64,000 nucleotides of DNA from Piromyces finnis finn. Its lineage: Eukaryota; Fungi; Neocallimastigomycota. Position numbers and translations under genes: made by a program. Of the stretch, positions 14,401 through 30,660 are shown piece after piece. The notes under the pieces were generated by a model. That model did not search any database. It had not been told where the DNA came from and saw nothing but the letters and a program-made list of their open reading frames with translations. The stretch spans positions 620,001 to 684,000 of the forward strand of contig MCFH01000011.1 of assembly GCA_002104945.1 (NCBI GenBank). Reading direction: 5' to 3'. Numbering within the stretch: position 1 is the first letter of the stretch; every line of letters begins with the position of its first letter.

Positions 14401-16885
14401 GAAATACAAAAAATAATAGCAATAAAAGCAATTAACAATTTCATCGCTTTAGTTTTCAAATTTTTTTTTTCTTTTTTTCTTTTAAAAAAAATTAAAAAGA
14501 AAATATATAATAATTTTGTATTTTTAGTATTATATTTATGATAATTAAAAATACATTATAAAACAATAACCACACAATTTAAATTATTATGTATTTTAAA
14601 GTTAATATATATGTATATATATTATTCCTTTTTTTTTTTTTTAATTTTTTTTAAAAAAAAGAAAAAAAAAATAGAAAATATAAAGACGTACAAATTTAAA
14701 TTATTTATATTTATATAGCAGAATGTAATTATAATTATAATAATAGGAATCTAATATTTTTTTTTTTTAAGAAAAAATGAAGAAAAGATATTTATTTAAA
14801 TATAAAAACCAAATTTTTTCATTGCACATTTTGATCAAAAAAAAAAAAAAAAAATAGTAATAATAAATACATATATTAAAATTATACTTCTATTTTTATA
14901 TAATTTATATTGATGTGAATTATTGGAAAGAAAAAATATATATTTATAAAAATATTTATGCATTAAAAAGAAGTAAAATGAAAGATGGATAAAATCAATG
15001 TTGAATGGATGAATGATATTCGTGGAAATAATGGAGGAGTAGATAATGAAAAAAAAAAAAAAGTTTTTAATATAATATAATAGAAAAATACACAAACAAC
15101 CATATATTAATTAATTTATTTATATATTACTATCTTTTATTAATTTATCATAAATTCATAAATAGAGAAAACCTCAACAAGGCAAAAATTAAATAAAAAG
15201 CAAACACAAACATATAAACGTAAAGATTTCCTATAATACTAGAAAAAACCAAATCAATAATAATTATTAAAAGTAGGATTTTGTAAAGACTATTCTTTTA
15301 GCTTAAAAAAAAAAAAAAAAAGAAAATAAAAAACATTTTTTTTTTATACTTTTCAAAAAACTAGATTTTTTATTTTTATTTATTATTTATTTTTTTTATT
15401 ATTATTTTTTTTTTATTAATAATGATTAATCCCTTTAAAAGTTTATTAATAAACTTTTTTTTTAAAAAAAAATAAAATAAAATAAAAGTGTAAAGAAAAA
15501 ACTATTTATATTAATTTCAATCTCTTTTTTTAAACGATTCTTAATTGATATATTATTTCTTTACAAAGATGAAGTAAATTTTTAATCATGAATAAAATTC
15601 CCATAGTTATTATTAATAACTATTTTAATAATAATTATGATTTACTTTGTGGCTTGAATTGTTAATGTATGAATTGGAAAATAACAATAAGAAATAATAA
15701 AAAATTTTTAATTAAAATTGATAAATACTTAGTATTGTATTTTTGGTATTTGGCGGTAATTTTTTAAAAAGAAAATTAAAGGTATATAATAAGGAAAAAT
15801 TTGTTTCTGTTGTTGGTTGATAAATGAGGTTTTTCTTTTTCTTTTTTTTTTTAAAAAAATATTTGATTGCCTATTTAATTTTTTTTACTTCTTTAATTAC
15901 AAAGGTATTCTGAATTGTTATATATTAAGAGTCAAGAAGTATAAATAAAATAAAAAAGACTCAATAAGAATGTTAAAATGGAATTTTAAATTTTTTATAA
16001 TCTTTTTTTCTTTTTATCTTTACTTTTAAAATATATAGAGATTAGTGAATAGGAAGGGAGAAAAAAAATTTTTTAAATATTTATTGGGATAAACTGAAGG
16101 AGGAATTAATGGAGAATTAAAAAAAACTTTTATAATGAAGGAAGGAATAGTACCGTATCATTTAATCATTTATCATTGAAATATTCTAGTTCTATTATGA
16201 TTGCTCAATAATATAATATCATTTTTAAATTCTGTATAAAATAACTACATTAATATTCCAAAGAATGTTATAAGATACTTATCTATTTTCTTTTAAAATT
16301 AAGCATCAATAATTAGCATTTTTTTTTTTTATTTAATTTGTGACATTTTATTATTATTTTTTTTTTCGTATAATTAATATTTTTTTTTAATTAAAATTTA
16401 ATTTGAAAAGAATGAATAAATTAAAAAAAAAAAAAAAAAAAAACTAATTATTAATTTTTTTAATATAAGGAATTTTAAATTGAAATTTTAATTATGGTTC
16501 AAACACATGTCTAATTCAATAATGGTATAGTTACAAGAATTGTAGATGATGGTAATTATGATGTGTGAAAGATGAAAAATGTTTTTTTTTTAAAAGAAAA
16601 ATGAAATTATTTGCATTTAAGAAATAAATAAATAACTAAATACGAGAGACAATACTTTTCATACATTATATACATAAAACTTTTATAAATGTCTTTAATG
16701 ACAAATTCATTCTTAAAATATCTATTTTTTTTTAAAAAAATATATTTAATAATAACTTTTTTGTTTTTTGTATAACCATAAATATATAAATATGTTATTA
16801 ATAATTTATAACAATAAAGTATCTTCATAATTATTATTTTTTTTAGTATTATTAAAAATAAAATTTATTAAATTGTTAATTAGAT

Positions 16886-16887
<2 letters not shown>

Positions 16888-16957
<70 letters not shown>

Positions 16958-16958
16958 A
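16888..16958. repeat. (AAAT)n microsatellite
   Basis: Read directly, about 17 units. Confidence 0.9.
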
Positions 16959-17942
16959 ATTCATTACCAAAACTTTTTTTTATATTAATAACTTTTCAAT
17001 CACTTTTTTTTTTTTTTTTTTTTTTGTTAAATTATATATATTATAATAAATTACATATAATGAAACTTTAATAAAAAAAAAAGTTAATAATTATTTAAAT
17101 AGAAAAAAAAAAAACACCATCTGTAAAATAATAGTTTATAATCTTAAAAATATATAAAAAAAACATTTATATTTTTTTAAATCAACAATTTCTACTATAT
17201 ACTTATTAGTAAAGAAAGAAATTAAATAATTATTTTAAAGATAGATAATATATATAGATAATATATATAAACACAATATAATATATATAAAAATAAATAT
17301 ATATAAATGTAATAGTTATTTCAAAGTTTTTTTTATTTTTAAGAAATTCGAGTATTTTAAAATAATAAAAAGAAAAATAATTAATTTGAAATTCAATTTT
17401 GAAAACTGATGTAATATAATACAAAATATTTATAAAAGACAATTTTTTTCAATTTATCATTTATATATTTTTATTATTTTATACCAATAACAAAAACAAT
17501 AACAATAATAAAAAAAAAAAAAAGAAAAAAGAAAATTAAAGTCAGTAATAATAACAATAAAATTTCTTTTCCTAAAGAAATAATATACTAAAAAAAAAAA
17601 AAAAAAGATTCCTTAATAAATAAATATATATATATATATTTTTTGAAAAAAAACTATTAATTTTAGTATAAAAAATAAAAACGTTAAATATTAAGGTGTC
17701 ATAAAATATATATATATATATATATAAAAGAAATAGAAAAGAAAAATTCTTTTAATAATATTAATTAAAAATTTTATAAAAAATTATATATTTTGGTGAT
17801 ATAGTCTTGTAGTGCTTTCTTAGTATCATATAATAATTGTATTATAAACATTACATTTAAGGAAAAATAATATTATATATCTTATTCAATAAGAAAAGAA
17901 AAGAAAAACTCATTATAAGCAATAATAGTATAGCATAGCATA

Positions 17943-20722
17943 ATGTCACAATATAATAATATGGAATATGCACAGACGGAGTATCAACAATGTAATAATA
18001 TAAAATATAATGATAATTATTATAATGGAGGAATAAACAATTATGATAACTACGATAATTATGATAATTATTATGACCAAGGAAATAGAGCAATAAATAA
18101 TGCACCCCCAGTTATTCCACAACGCGAAAGAATTGCAGTTGCTCATCCTTCAACTAGAAGACCACCTCCAACAGTAAATAATACACAAAATATGATGGGT
18201 CAAATGACACCAAGACCCTCTCCTCAGGTAAGACCAATTAGTTCTAATAATACTTTAAGACAATCACCTCAAGTTAGACCAATAAATAATGTTAATGCCA
18301 TTAGACAATCACCTCAGATAAGACCAATGAATTCAATAAATTCAGTAAGAAATTCACCTCAAATGAGACCTATTAGTTTAAATTCAACACCACAAATGAG
18401 ACCTGTCGGTTCTAATTCAACACCACAAGTGAGACCAATAAGCTCAATGAGCTCTATTAGGAATTCACCATCAATTCGTCCTGTTAATTCTAGACCAATT
18501 CCAACACGAAAATCAACAGAAATAATGCAACAAGCAAGACCTATGGCTCCAAGACCATTAAATAATATGATGGGTACTGCTCCTAGATCTTCACCACAAC
18601 TTAATCCTATCAACAATAATTTACAAAATATACCAGCAAGACCACTTCCTCCATCTATTCAACAACGTTCTGCTTCATCTCCACAAATTAGAAATAATAC
18701 CACTTATGAACATTCTACAAATTCCCCAAAATTACCATTAAGAAGTCAATCGTCTTTATCTAATCTCCAAAAACAAAAAATAAGACAACCTTTAAGTCAT
18801 AGTAATCTTGCCAATTCAAATACTTTAGATGATGATGAAATATTTGAACCACCTATTCCACCAAGAACTAGACAACATAGACATTCTTCTATATCATCTC
18901 AAGGTTCCAATGATAGCATGGGTCTTTCTCAAAGAAAATTTTCTTTGAGTAATGAATCAAATCCAAATACTTCCAATCCTTCTTCAAGAAAGTATTCGTT
19001 TGAATCAAATTCATCAAATAGAAAATATTCATTTGGTAATGATTCATCAAATCATTCATCAAGAAAGCAATCATTGAATCATGAGCAAGATATAAATAAT
19101 GGTAATAATTATATATATGATAATACTCAAACCAATCAAAATAATAAGAATATTAATTATTATGATCAACCCAACGATTATAATAACTCTCATATGAATT
19201 ATTCAAAACCTCCAGCACCAGCACCGGTACCAACTCCTCAATATAATAATTCAAATATACCAAGTCAAAATGGAAATTATTACAACGGCGGATATAACAA
19301 CAATAATCAACCTCTATCAAATAATGTTCCACAAGGTCAACAGAATTATAATTATAATAACCAACCAGTGGATTTCCATCCACAAGCCATGCATAATACA
19401 ATTGGTAATCAGTATAGGCCACCACCACCACAAAAACCTCAAATAGATTCAAATGGTGGAAGAATACAAATGACTTCTTTAGGAGGTCAACCAATGCCAT
19501 ATGGTCAATCATTAGAAATGTATCGTCAAAATGCAAAAAAGAGTAATGATCCCCAAGTTCAACTAGAATTTGCTAAATACTTGGTTGCTATGGCTGATGG
19601 TAAGAATTATCTACTAACGTTGTATTCAATTTATATTTACAATATTTAATTTATTAGTTATGATATCAATAATAAAAATACTTATTCTAAATATCGTAAT
19701 TATTATATATTTGCTTATTATTATTTTAATTTTTCCTTTTAAAAATAGCTGCCTTGGATTCGGATCCAGATCAAAAGATTGCTCAAAGAAATCAAGAAAT
19801 ATTATATAATGAAGGTTTGAAATGGATTAAAAGATTGGCAAACCAAGGTGGAGGTTTAGGTAATAAATATATATATATATAAAGTTAATTTTTATTTTCC
19901 AATTAGTATGCTAAAAAAGTTTTTTTTTTTTTTAAAATATAAATAATAATTATTATTTATTAAAAAAAAAGGTAAAACACCATATGCTGAAGCTCAATTC
20001 TTCTTAGCTGAATGTTATGGAAATGGTTCTATTGGCTTACAGATTGATCACGAAAAAGCTTTTTCATACTATTTGCAAGCTAGTAAGCAAAGTCATCCAC
20101 CATCTACTTACAGAGCCGCTGTTTGCTATGAACATGGTGCTGGTACTAAAAAAGATTTCCAACGTTCAGGTAATATAAATATTAAATCATTATAAGCAAA
20201 AATATCATATTATTATTATTGAATAAAAAATATTATTTATTATCTGTCATTAAAATAATACTTTTATTTATTTATTATTATTTTTTTTATAAATAAATTA
20301 TAAATAAATAGTTCAATTTTATAGAAAAGCTGCCGCTTTGGGTGATGTATTATCAATGTATAAATTAGGTACTATTTTATTAAATGGTACTCTTAATCAA
20401 GATAAAAATCCAAGAGAAGGTTTAACATGGTTAAAGAGAGCTGCTGCTCAAGTAAGAAAATTTAATAATTTATAAAGATTCAATATTTTTAACCTATAAT
20501 AAATATATTTAATGATAATATATATCATATGTAATGCATTTATTAATACAATTATTCTTTATATTTTATGTATTAGGCTGATCAAAATTGTCCTCATGCA
20601 TTACATGAACTAGGAATGATATATGAAGGAAAGAATCCTGAAACTAATGGTTTAATTATACCAGTAAGTTGAATAAACATTCCTTTAAATAATAACGCTT
20701 ATTATTATTATTATTATTATTA

Positions 20723-20821
<99 letters not shown>

Positions 20822-21391
20822 TTTTTATATAATATATAATATTGATATATTAATCTTTGTAAATGTATTTTCTCAAAAATATAGGATCCAAACTATTCAC
20901 AAGAATTATATCTTAAGGCTGCACAATTTGGATATTCCCCTTCACAATATAAGTTAGGTTTATGCTATGAATATGGTTTATTGAATTTACCAATTGATTC
21001 AAGACGTTCAATTGCTTGGTATTCCAAAGCTGCTGAACAAGGTGATCCAGAAGCAGAACTAGCATTGTCTGGTTGGTATTTAACTGGTGCTGATAATGTA
21101 TTGAAACAATCAGATAAAGAGGCATTTTTGTGGGCACGTAAAGCAGCTAATAAAGGTCTTGCAAAGGCAGAATATGCTGTTGGTTATTATTATGAGTATG
21201 GTATTGGTGTAAAAAAGGATTTAGAAGAAGCCAAAAGATCATATTTAAGTGCTGCTAGTCAAAATAATAAACGTGCTTTAATTCGTCTTAAGGAAATGAA
21301 AGCTGGTTATGCTGGTCATGGTCCAATATATGGTTGGAGAGAACAATCAAGGGGAACAGGTGCAGCTAGTGAAGATTGCGTTATTTCATAA
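17943..21391 (+). CDS. SKT5: Chitin synthase activator Skt5/Chs4 (Sel1-like repeats, C-terminal CaaX), about 899 aa, 6 exons
   Basis: Exons 17943-19599, 19749-19859, 19972-20169, 20312-20451, 20577-20663, 20885-21391 total 2700 nt. SLEMYRQNAKKSNDPQVQLEFAKYL, several SEL1 repeats (e.g. AEQGDPEAELALSGWYLTG) and the terminal CVIS prenylation motif match yeast Chs4 (CVIM). Confidence 0.88.
20701..20817. repeat. (TTA)n microsatellite in a SKT5 intron
   Basis: Read directly, with two interruptions. Confidence 0.9.
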
Positions 21392-21887
21392 ATTTTATCT
21401 TTATTTATTTATTTTTATATTATTTAAAAAGATTGAAAAAAAAAACAAAAAAAAAAAAAAAAAACAAAAAAAAAAAAAATAATAATAAGAAAAACAAAAA
21501 AGCAAAAACACTATTAAATAAAACACTATTATATAAATTATAATAAAATAAAATACAACAAAGTAAAACAAATAAAACGAGATAATATAAAATAAAATAT
21601 TATAAATATCATAATATGGCTACTTTTTTTTAGTATAAAATTTTTTTTCAATATATTAGTGAATTATTATTAATATCTTTTTTTATTTTTGTTCCTTTTA
21701 AAAATTGATAAAGTTTATTAATTGGGAAAGAAAGTTTAAAGATAAACCTGTTATGCAATTTAAATTTTATTAATATTTATACATTTTAATTTTAAGTATT
21801 TTTTTTTTTATTTTATTTTATTTTATAAATATGTACATTATTACACCAAATTAATTATTTAAATTTAAAAAATAAAAAAAGAATGTC

Positions 21888-21892
<5 letters not shown>

Positions 21893-21970
<78 letters not shown>
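21893..21970. repeat. (TTA)n microsatellite, intergenic
   Basis: Read directly, about 26 units. Confidence 0.9.
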
Positions 21971-22608
21971 TAAAAAAAATTTTTTTTATAATGAAATCTA
22001 TTGTATTGTGTATTATTTTAATACACAATACTATGGAATAATATAAAAGAAAAGAAAAAAAAACTAATTTTCATATATTTATATAAAAGTGATTGCTATA
22101 ATTTTATAACTAAAATATTTTATAAAGGTTCATTTTATTTATTAATGTTAGTATTTATAACTAACATATAAATAGTGTATGATAAAACGGATTATTTTTA
22201 AAATTTAAATAAATTATATATTAAAAGGCATGTAATAATAAATACAATTGTTTAATATAGTATGCAAATTTCAATTTTTTTTTTAAAAAAATTTTTTATA
22301 TCTATTTTATAAAATAATTATAAATTATTATTAATAGTATTGTTTTATATAAATCGACTACTGTTACTTCTACTGTATGTTTTATTGTTAAAAGATTTTT
22401 GGAAATATTCATTATCTATATCGCTTTTTTTCTTATTTAAGAGAAAGAGATCCCTTTTTTTTTATTGAAAATATTAATAGATTAATTAAAGTTTATAAAA
22501 AAATATAAAAATATTATATAGAAAAATTAATTATTAATATTATCATATAATTATAAAATTAAATATTTATAATACTAAATGTAAAGTGAACAATATATAA
22601 TTATTTTG

Positions 22609-24297
<1,689 letters not shown>

Positions 24298-26184
24298 TTT
24301 TGTTTTAGTATGATTTTCAATTCTATTAACCAATATATATATTTATATCTGTGTATATGTATTATTAATGAATAAAAAAATATAATGGATGATAAATATA
24401 AAAATTAAAAGACAGTGCTGGATTTTTATTAAAATTAACTATAATAACAAAAAATAAAGTATATATATATTTAAAATAACAAAAATTTGAAAGTTTATTG
24501 AAAAAATATTTTTTAATTAAAGTATAAACTTTAATTTTTTATTGATAAATCTTAATAATTTTTTTATATAAATTTAACAGTAGTAGAAACTAGGTTTAAT
24601 AATGTCAAAAAGAATCATTCATAATAATAAATTGTTAAATGAATAAATCATTTATTTATTAAAATAATTATACAACTAAATATCATTTTAATAATTAGAT
24701 AAAACAATAAAAAACATTATTAGTAATATTAATAATAAATATCATATAATTAAAAAGGTGAATAAAATATTATGATAATATCTTTTATTGCGATAGTATA
24801 AAGTATAAAATTTATACAGAGGATTTGTAAATAGTAAAAAAATATAGCTACAATTATATGAAAAACTTTTAGTAAAACTTAAAATTTTTTTTTTAATATT
24901 TATTGTTATAACTTTTTTTTTTTCATTGTCCTTATTAATATATATAAATATCTTACAGTTATACAAAGTTACTTAATTATATTTTTGAATTGTTTCTCAA
25001 TTGTAAATTTTAGATTTTTTATGTTGAGATTATAAAGAAATATATATATTTTAAGGTTAATTTATTTCTTAAAATTGATTCACAAATTAATATTTCTTTA
25101 CTTATTTCATTTACAATAGGTGTTGTTATTATTTTATTTTTATATTATATAAAAAAAAAAGGAAAAAAAAAAAAACTACTTTTGTAAAAATTGAAAAGAT
25201 GAAATTAATACTAATAAAAAAGTAAATTATTATTCGAAAATTCAAATTCATTTTTTAAATTTGAAATGAAGTATATCAACATTTTTATATTTTCTTTTTT
25301 TTTTAAATAAATATTTATAAAGTTATTAGTCTAAATAATTATAAAATATTGAGGATAATTTTAGTCAAATACATTTATTTATTATTAATAAAATTTAATA
25401 ATCGACAATTAATTTAATTATTTATAACTTGTTCGTTTTTTTAGTTTAATATTTTTATTTTTAAAGAAATGCAAGAGATTAAATAGATATTATAATTTAG
25501 AGTTTTTTATTTTTTTATTTTAATTATTATTATTATTTTTTTTTAACAATAATTCCCCATTAAATTTTAACATATATACTAAAATATTTCTAAAAAAAAA
25601 AAAAAAAAAAATAACAATTATATTAGAATTTTTTATTTTATTTTTAAATTAAATCAAAGTAAAAACCAAAAAAGGAAAAGATAAACTAAATAAAGTTTTA
25701 TAATAATTAAAAAAATATTGTATAAGTATTGATTTATTTTATTTTTATTTTTTTTTTATTTGATTTCCTTTCCTTTTTAAATTTTATATAAAATTAATTT
25801 TTGTACTATTAAAAATAAATTATTATTTTATTTTTAATAACATTTTTTTTTTTAAATAAACTTCTTTATTAAACTGAAGCTGCTAGTACCGATGATAATT
25901 TAAATAATACTAAATAACAAATAACAAATAATATACATAATATCAAAACTATCATTTTCTTTATATCTTATATGTTTCATATATTTTTCTATTGATAATA
26001 AAGTTGTAAAAAAAAAAAAAAAAATAAATATTTTTTTCCTCATTTGATTATATCTTACAATTTTTATGTGTAAAAAAGAAAAATAAAATCACCTATATAA
26101 TAATAATAAGACGATAACAATACTATTAAATATATATTAGAAATAATATTTAAAATTTAAAAAGACATAAATAATATATCAAAA

Positions 26185-29100
26185 ATGCCAATGACAATAG
26201 CCTCGAGAAATGGATACATGTATTCATATAAAAGTAAGCCAGAAAAAATAAAAAATGAAAGATATAATACCGATGTAGTAGAACCTTATATTCAAGAATT
26301 CATTAAAGGTTAAATATTATTTAAAATATTTTTAAAATAAATTATATAATATGTATGATATGAAAAATACAAATATATTTAATTTTTAATTATTTCTTAT
26401 ATTCAAAATATAATTATTGAATATTAAACTGAAACTATATATGAAATTAAATCATTTTTATTTTTAAAGATAAATTATATTTAACATGGACAAATAAACC
26501 AATTACTGTGTCTGCAAAATCCATTATTCATTATTTTACTATCGATGATAAATTAAGATATATTAGTTTTTTCGCTGATTTTGGACCTTTTAACATTGCT
26601 CAAGTTATTAAATTTTGTAATTTACTTAATTCAAAATTTAAGGTTAATAATTATATTCTATTTATTTAAATTAAATATTATAGTCATTGAGATATATAAA
26701 TTCATAGTTTAAATATGAATTTTCTATGATACATAACATAGAAATATAAAGAAAATCAATAAAACAAAAAGATTAATATTAAAATAAAAAGCAATTTCAT
26801 TATAGATAATATAACTAACATTTTTAATAATATTTAATGTATGAAATAGAGTGATGAATTAAAAAATAAAAAATTCGTACTTGTATCTGGTCCTGATAAT
26901 GACAGAAGAGCAAATTCCGCATTTTTAATGTGCGCTTATATGGTAAAATAATATATAAAATTATAAATAAAAATTGAATATATATATTATTAAGTTGTTA
27001 AAGAAATAAAAATATTAACAACATATTCTATATACTACAATATTTAAAATAATAATGATAAACGATAAATTATTGGAATTATTTTTTTGTTATTTAATTT
27101 TTTTTTTAAAATTAAAAATGATAAACTTATTAATAGTTATTAGCATTTAATTTAACACCAGAAGAAGCTTATCGTCCAATTGCTGATATAGCATATACCT
27201 TTGAACCATATCGTGATGCTGGTTATGGTCCAGCAACTTATTTTATTACAATTAAACATTGTTTACAAGGTTTATATAAAGCTATTAAGACAGGATTATT
27301 GGATATTGAATCATTGGATATAGAAGAATATGAATATTATGAAAAAGTAGAACATGGTGATTTAAATTGGATTACAAAAAAATTTATTGCATTTGCTTCA
27401 CCAAAGGAACGTCCAACAACACATAATATGTATCCATATGATAATCAAGGAAATATGGGAAATCTTTTACAATCTGATATAAATACTGTCTCCCAACAAT
27501 GGTTTAGAAATAGTAATGATGTAAAAATGGGAAATAATAAATTATTATATCCTGCAAATACAGTTGATGGAATTGTTAAATATTTTAAAGAAAATGGTGT
27601 TACTAGTGTTGTTCGTCTCAACAATAAACTTTATGATAATCGTAAATTTTTGGAAGCTGGAATAAATCATTATGAATTTTACTTCCCAGATGGTACAATT
27701 CCTCCAGACAATATATTGTTCAAGTTCTTTGATCTATGCGAAACAAATCCAGGTAAAAATAAATAAAAATAAGATAAAATAATAATATTTATATTTTCTT
27801 TTAAAACATTTATATTTTTATATTAATTATTATTATTAAATATATAGGAAGTATTGCCATTCATTGTAAGGCTGGATTAGGCAGAACAGGAACTTTAATA
27901 GGGGCTTATTTAATGAAAACATATAAATTCTTAGCAGCAGAAGTTATTGCTTTTTTAAGATTAATGCGTCCTGGTTGTGTTGTAGGTCCACAACAAAATT
28001 ATTTACAAAGGTAAAAATTAAACTTTAAAGAATAAAAATTAAATGAAAATAATATTTATATAGATAGATAGATAGAGATAGATAGATAGATAAAAAATGC
28101 ACATCTATTTTTATTTTTTATTTTTTTTAGTTATTAATAATAATTATTTTATTAAATATTAAATAAAAATAGTATTGAACAAAAATTATTAAGAATGAAG
28201 GTAACACCATTGCCATATCAAATATCATTAGTAAAAGCACCAACTTCAAATATTATTAAAAGATTTATAATTGATCAACCATTTGCAAATGATATAAATA
28301 AAAATGGTTTATACAAAACCAAAAGTCAAAATCAGAGTCAAGTTCAATTGAGAAGTAAAAATATACATTCAATTTATATTATACATTATTAATGTATACT
28401 CATAATTTAATTTGAATTAACGAGAAATAATAATATACATATTAATTATATATATTTATTAACTAGATAAGACAATAGATAATAGTTATTCAGAAGATAT
28501 AATAGCCCGAACTTATGAAAATAATAAAAAGAAAAATATGTACATTCCAGCACAAATGAAACCTACATCTGCGGCATCAGTATTTAATAAAAATGAATTT
28601 TCCATCCCGGTACAACCACGTAAAACAATGGATAATCAAAATAGTAGTTTAAAAAATGTGACTAATGAAAATATTATTGATAATTCAACATTAAGACAAG
28701 AGTCTAATGAATTAAGGGTAAAAAGAAAAAAATTTTAATTATTACTTTTGTGTTTAGTTTAATAGTTTATAAAAATGTTTTTCTAATAAATAATAAGATA
28801 TTTAAAAACATTTAATAAAAAATTCACTAAATGTTAAAATATCATCCATATATACATCATAGAATGTCAAAAATCAAATTTTGTAGTTATTTAAATATAT
28901 AATAATAATATTAATAAAAAATAACTATTATGATTAATATATAATGACATATTATTTTAAATTCTTTAATTATTTTAACAAAAAATATATATAATTCTCT
29001 TTTTTTTCCTATCCATAATATAATGAATTATATACAAATTTGTTATATCTTTTAAATAAACTCATAATATATACATATATATGTATATAATTGAATTAAT

Positions 29101-30129
29101 AAAATTATACAATACTCTCTATAATTCTAAATATTGAAATTCCTAAAAAAAAATATTATAAATAAAATATTTGGGAAAATAATTTAGACTATAAGTCAAG
29201 ATAGTAAAGATTTTAGACAAAAACAAAAACCATTAAAAACTAATAATGAAAATATGAGAAATCTAATTAATATTAATGGAAGAAATTTATCTGATAATTA
29301 TTCTTCATCAATTCAACAATCTTCGAAATTTAATAAAAAGAATTCATTAAATGATATAAGAGAGCCAAATAATTATCATTTAAAAACTAAAAATGAAAAT
29401 CAAGCATTTCAAAAATTTTATAATTCCAATTCATCTACAAAAAATATATTAAATTCATCATCCACAACTTCCAAAGTAAAAAAAACACTTATTTCACCAC
29501 ATAATTATTCAACACCAATTCTACCACAAACAAGACCATACAATACAAGTAACTGTAGTGGCAATAAATCATATAGTTCCTTCTCCAGACAGAATTCTGA
29601 TTTTTCTAATAGTATGAATGGTATATCCAATATTACATCAACTCCTAACTTTTTAAAAAAAAGTAATTCTATTAGTAGTGGAAATGGATTCCATCATATA
29701 AACCATAATAATAGCTATCTAAGTGGTAATCATCTTCAAGAATAACTATATAATATATATGTTTTATTTTAAATTTTCAATATTATTATAAAAATATAAA
29801 ATTTTTCAAATAATTTCTTCCAAATTTAATTCTTGAAATATATTTTAACATAATAAAAAATTATTAATAGCTGAACCAACGAGAGCTAACTATTATAGTA
29901 CAAATGATATTGATATAGATGTTAATTATCAAGATAATAAAAGAAAACAAAATTATAATGGAAAGACTTTTCATGAAAATGTTTATTCAAATATAACAAG
30001 AAAGAAAGATAATAGTTATATGAAAACAAGATATAGTAAGTATATAAAAGCCATTAACATAATAACTAATGTATTAAATTAATCATATATTAACTATATA
30101 TTATATATAAAGATAAGAAAAATAATTAA
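26185..30129 (+). CDS. CDC14: Dual-specificity phosphatase Cdc14 with a long S/N-rich C-terminal tail; 3' exon structure less certain
   Basis: Exons 26185-26308, 26470-26642, 26850-26942, 27137-27752, 27848-28010, then further exons to about 30129. Motifs [35 protein letters not shown], catalytic [10 protein letters not shown] (Cys codon 27865-27867) and [11 protein letters not shown] are present. Confidence 0.93.
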
Positions 30130-30660
30130 ATGGTGTATCTAATTATTGCAAAAGTAAACCAAATTTGAAAAATAATCTTGTAAAAATAATTATTGTTAAT
30201 TTTAAAATATTATATATAATTTATATATATATTATTTATAAAAAATATTAAAGCATATAAAATGATATCAAAAAAATTATAAAAAAATAAAAACTATCTA
30301 CTTTTTTTAATACTATTCTCAAATTTAATAATTAAAGTTTAAATATTGTTAAAAATTACAAAAGTGCATATTGTGCGATAATTAATGTTATTTTTTTTGT
30401 CATTAAGCATCTTTGATCTTTTGCAATGTTTTTACAAAGTAGATAAATAATGTTAAATATTTAATATATGTTATAAATATAATTAGCGTGTTATTAAAAA
30501 GTAAAATGCATAAACTTGCAATATATCTTTATATTTTTTACTCTATGTGTAATAAAAGTTTTTTTTTAATATTAATAACTGTTCCTTTTATTATTATATT
30601 TATTAAAATAATTATCTATATGTTACATTAATATATTGATAATAAATATTCTATTTTTAT

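Noticed and set aside
14835-17442. Intergenic ORFs 14835-15095, 16607-16828 and 17230-17442; likewise 24742-24966, 34264-34449, 51163-51468 and 62140-62343
   Set aside because: They are translations of AT-rich spacer and homopolymer runs (F/I/Y/K-rich) with no motif or splice support.
29730-29745. Cdc14 ending at the ORF-track stop (NHLQE*)
   Set aside because: A phase-1 GTAATC donor just upstream joins in frame to an open exon at about 29871, so the gene probably continues. This is not certain without transcripts.
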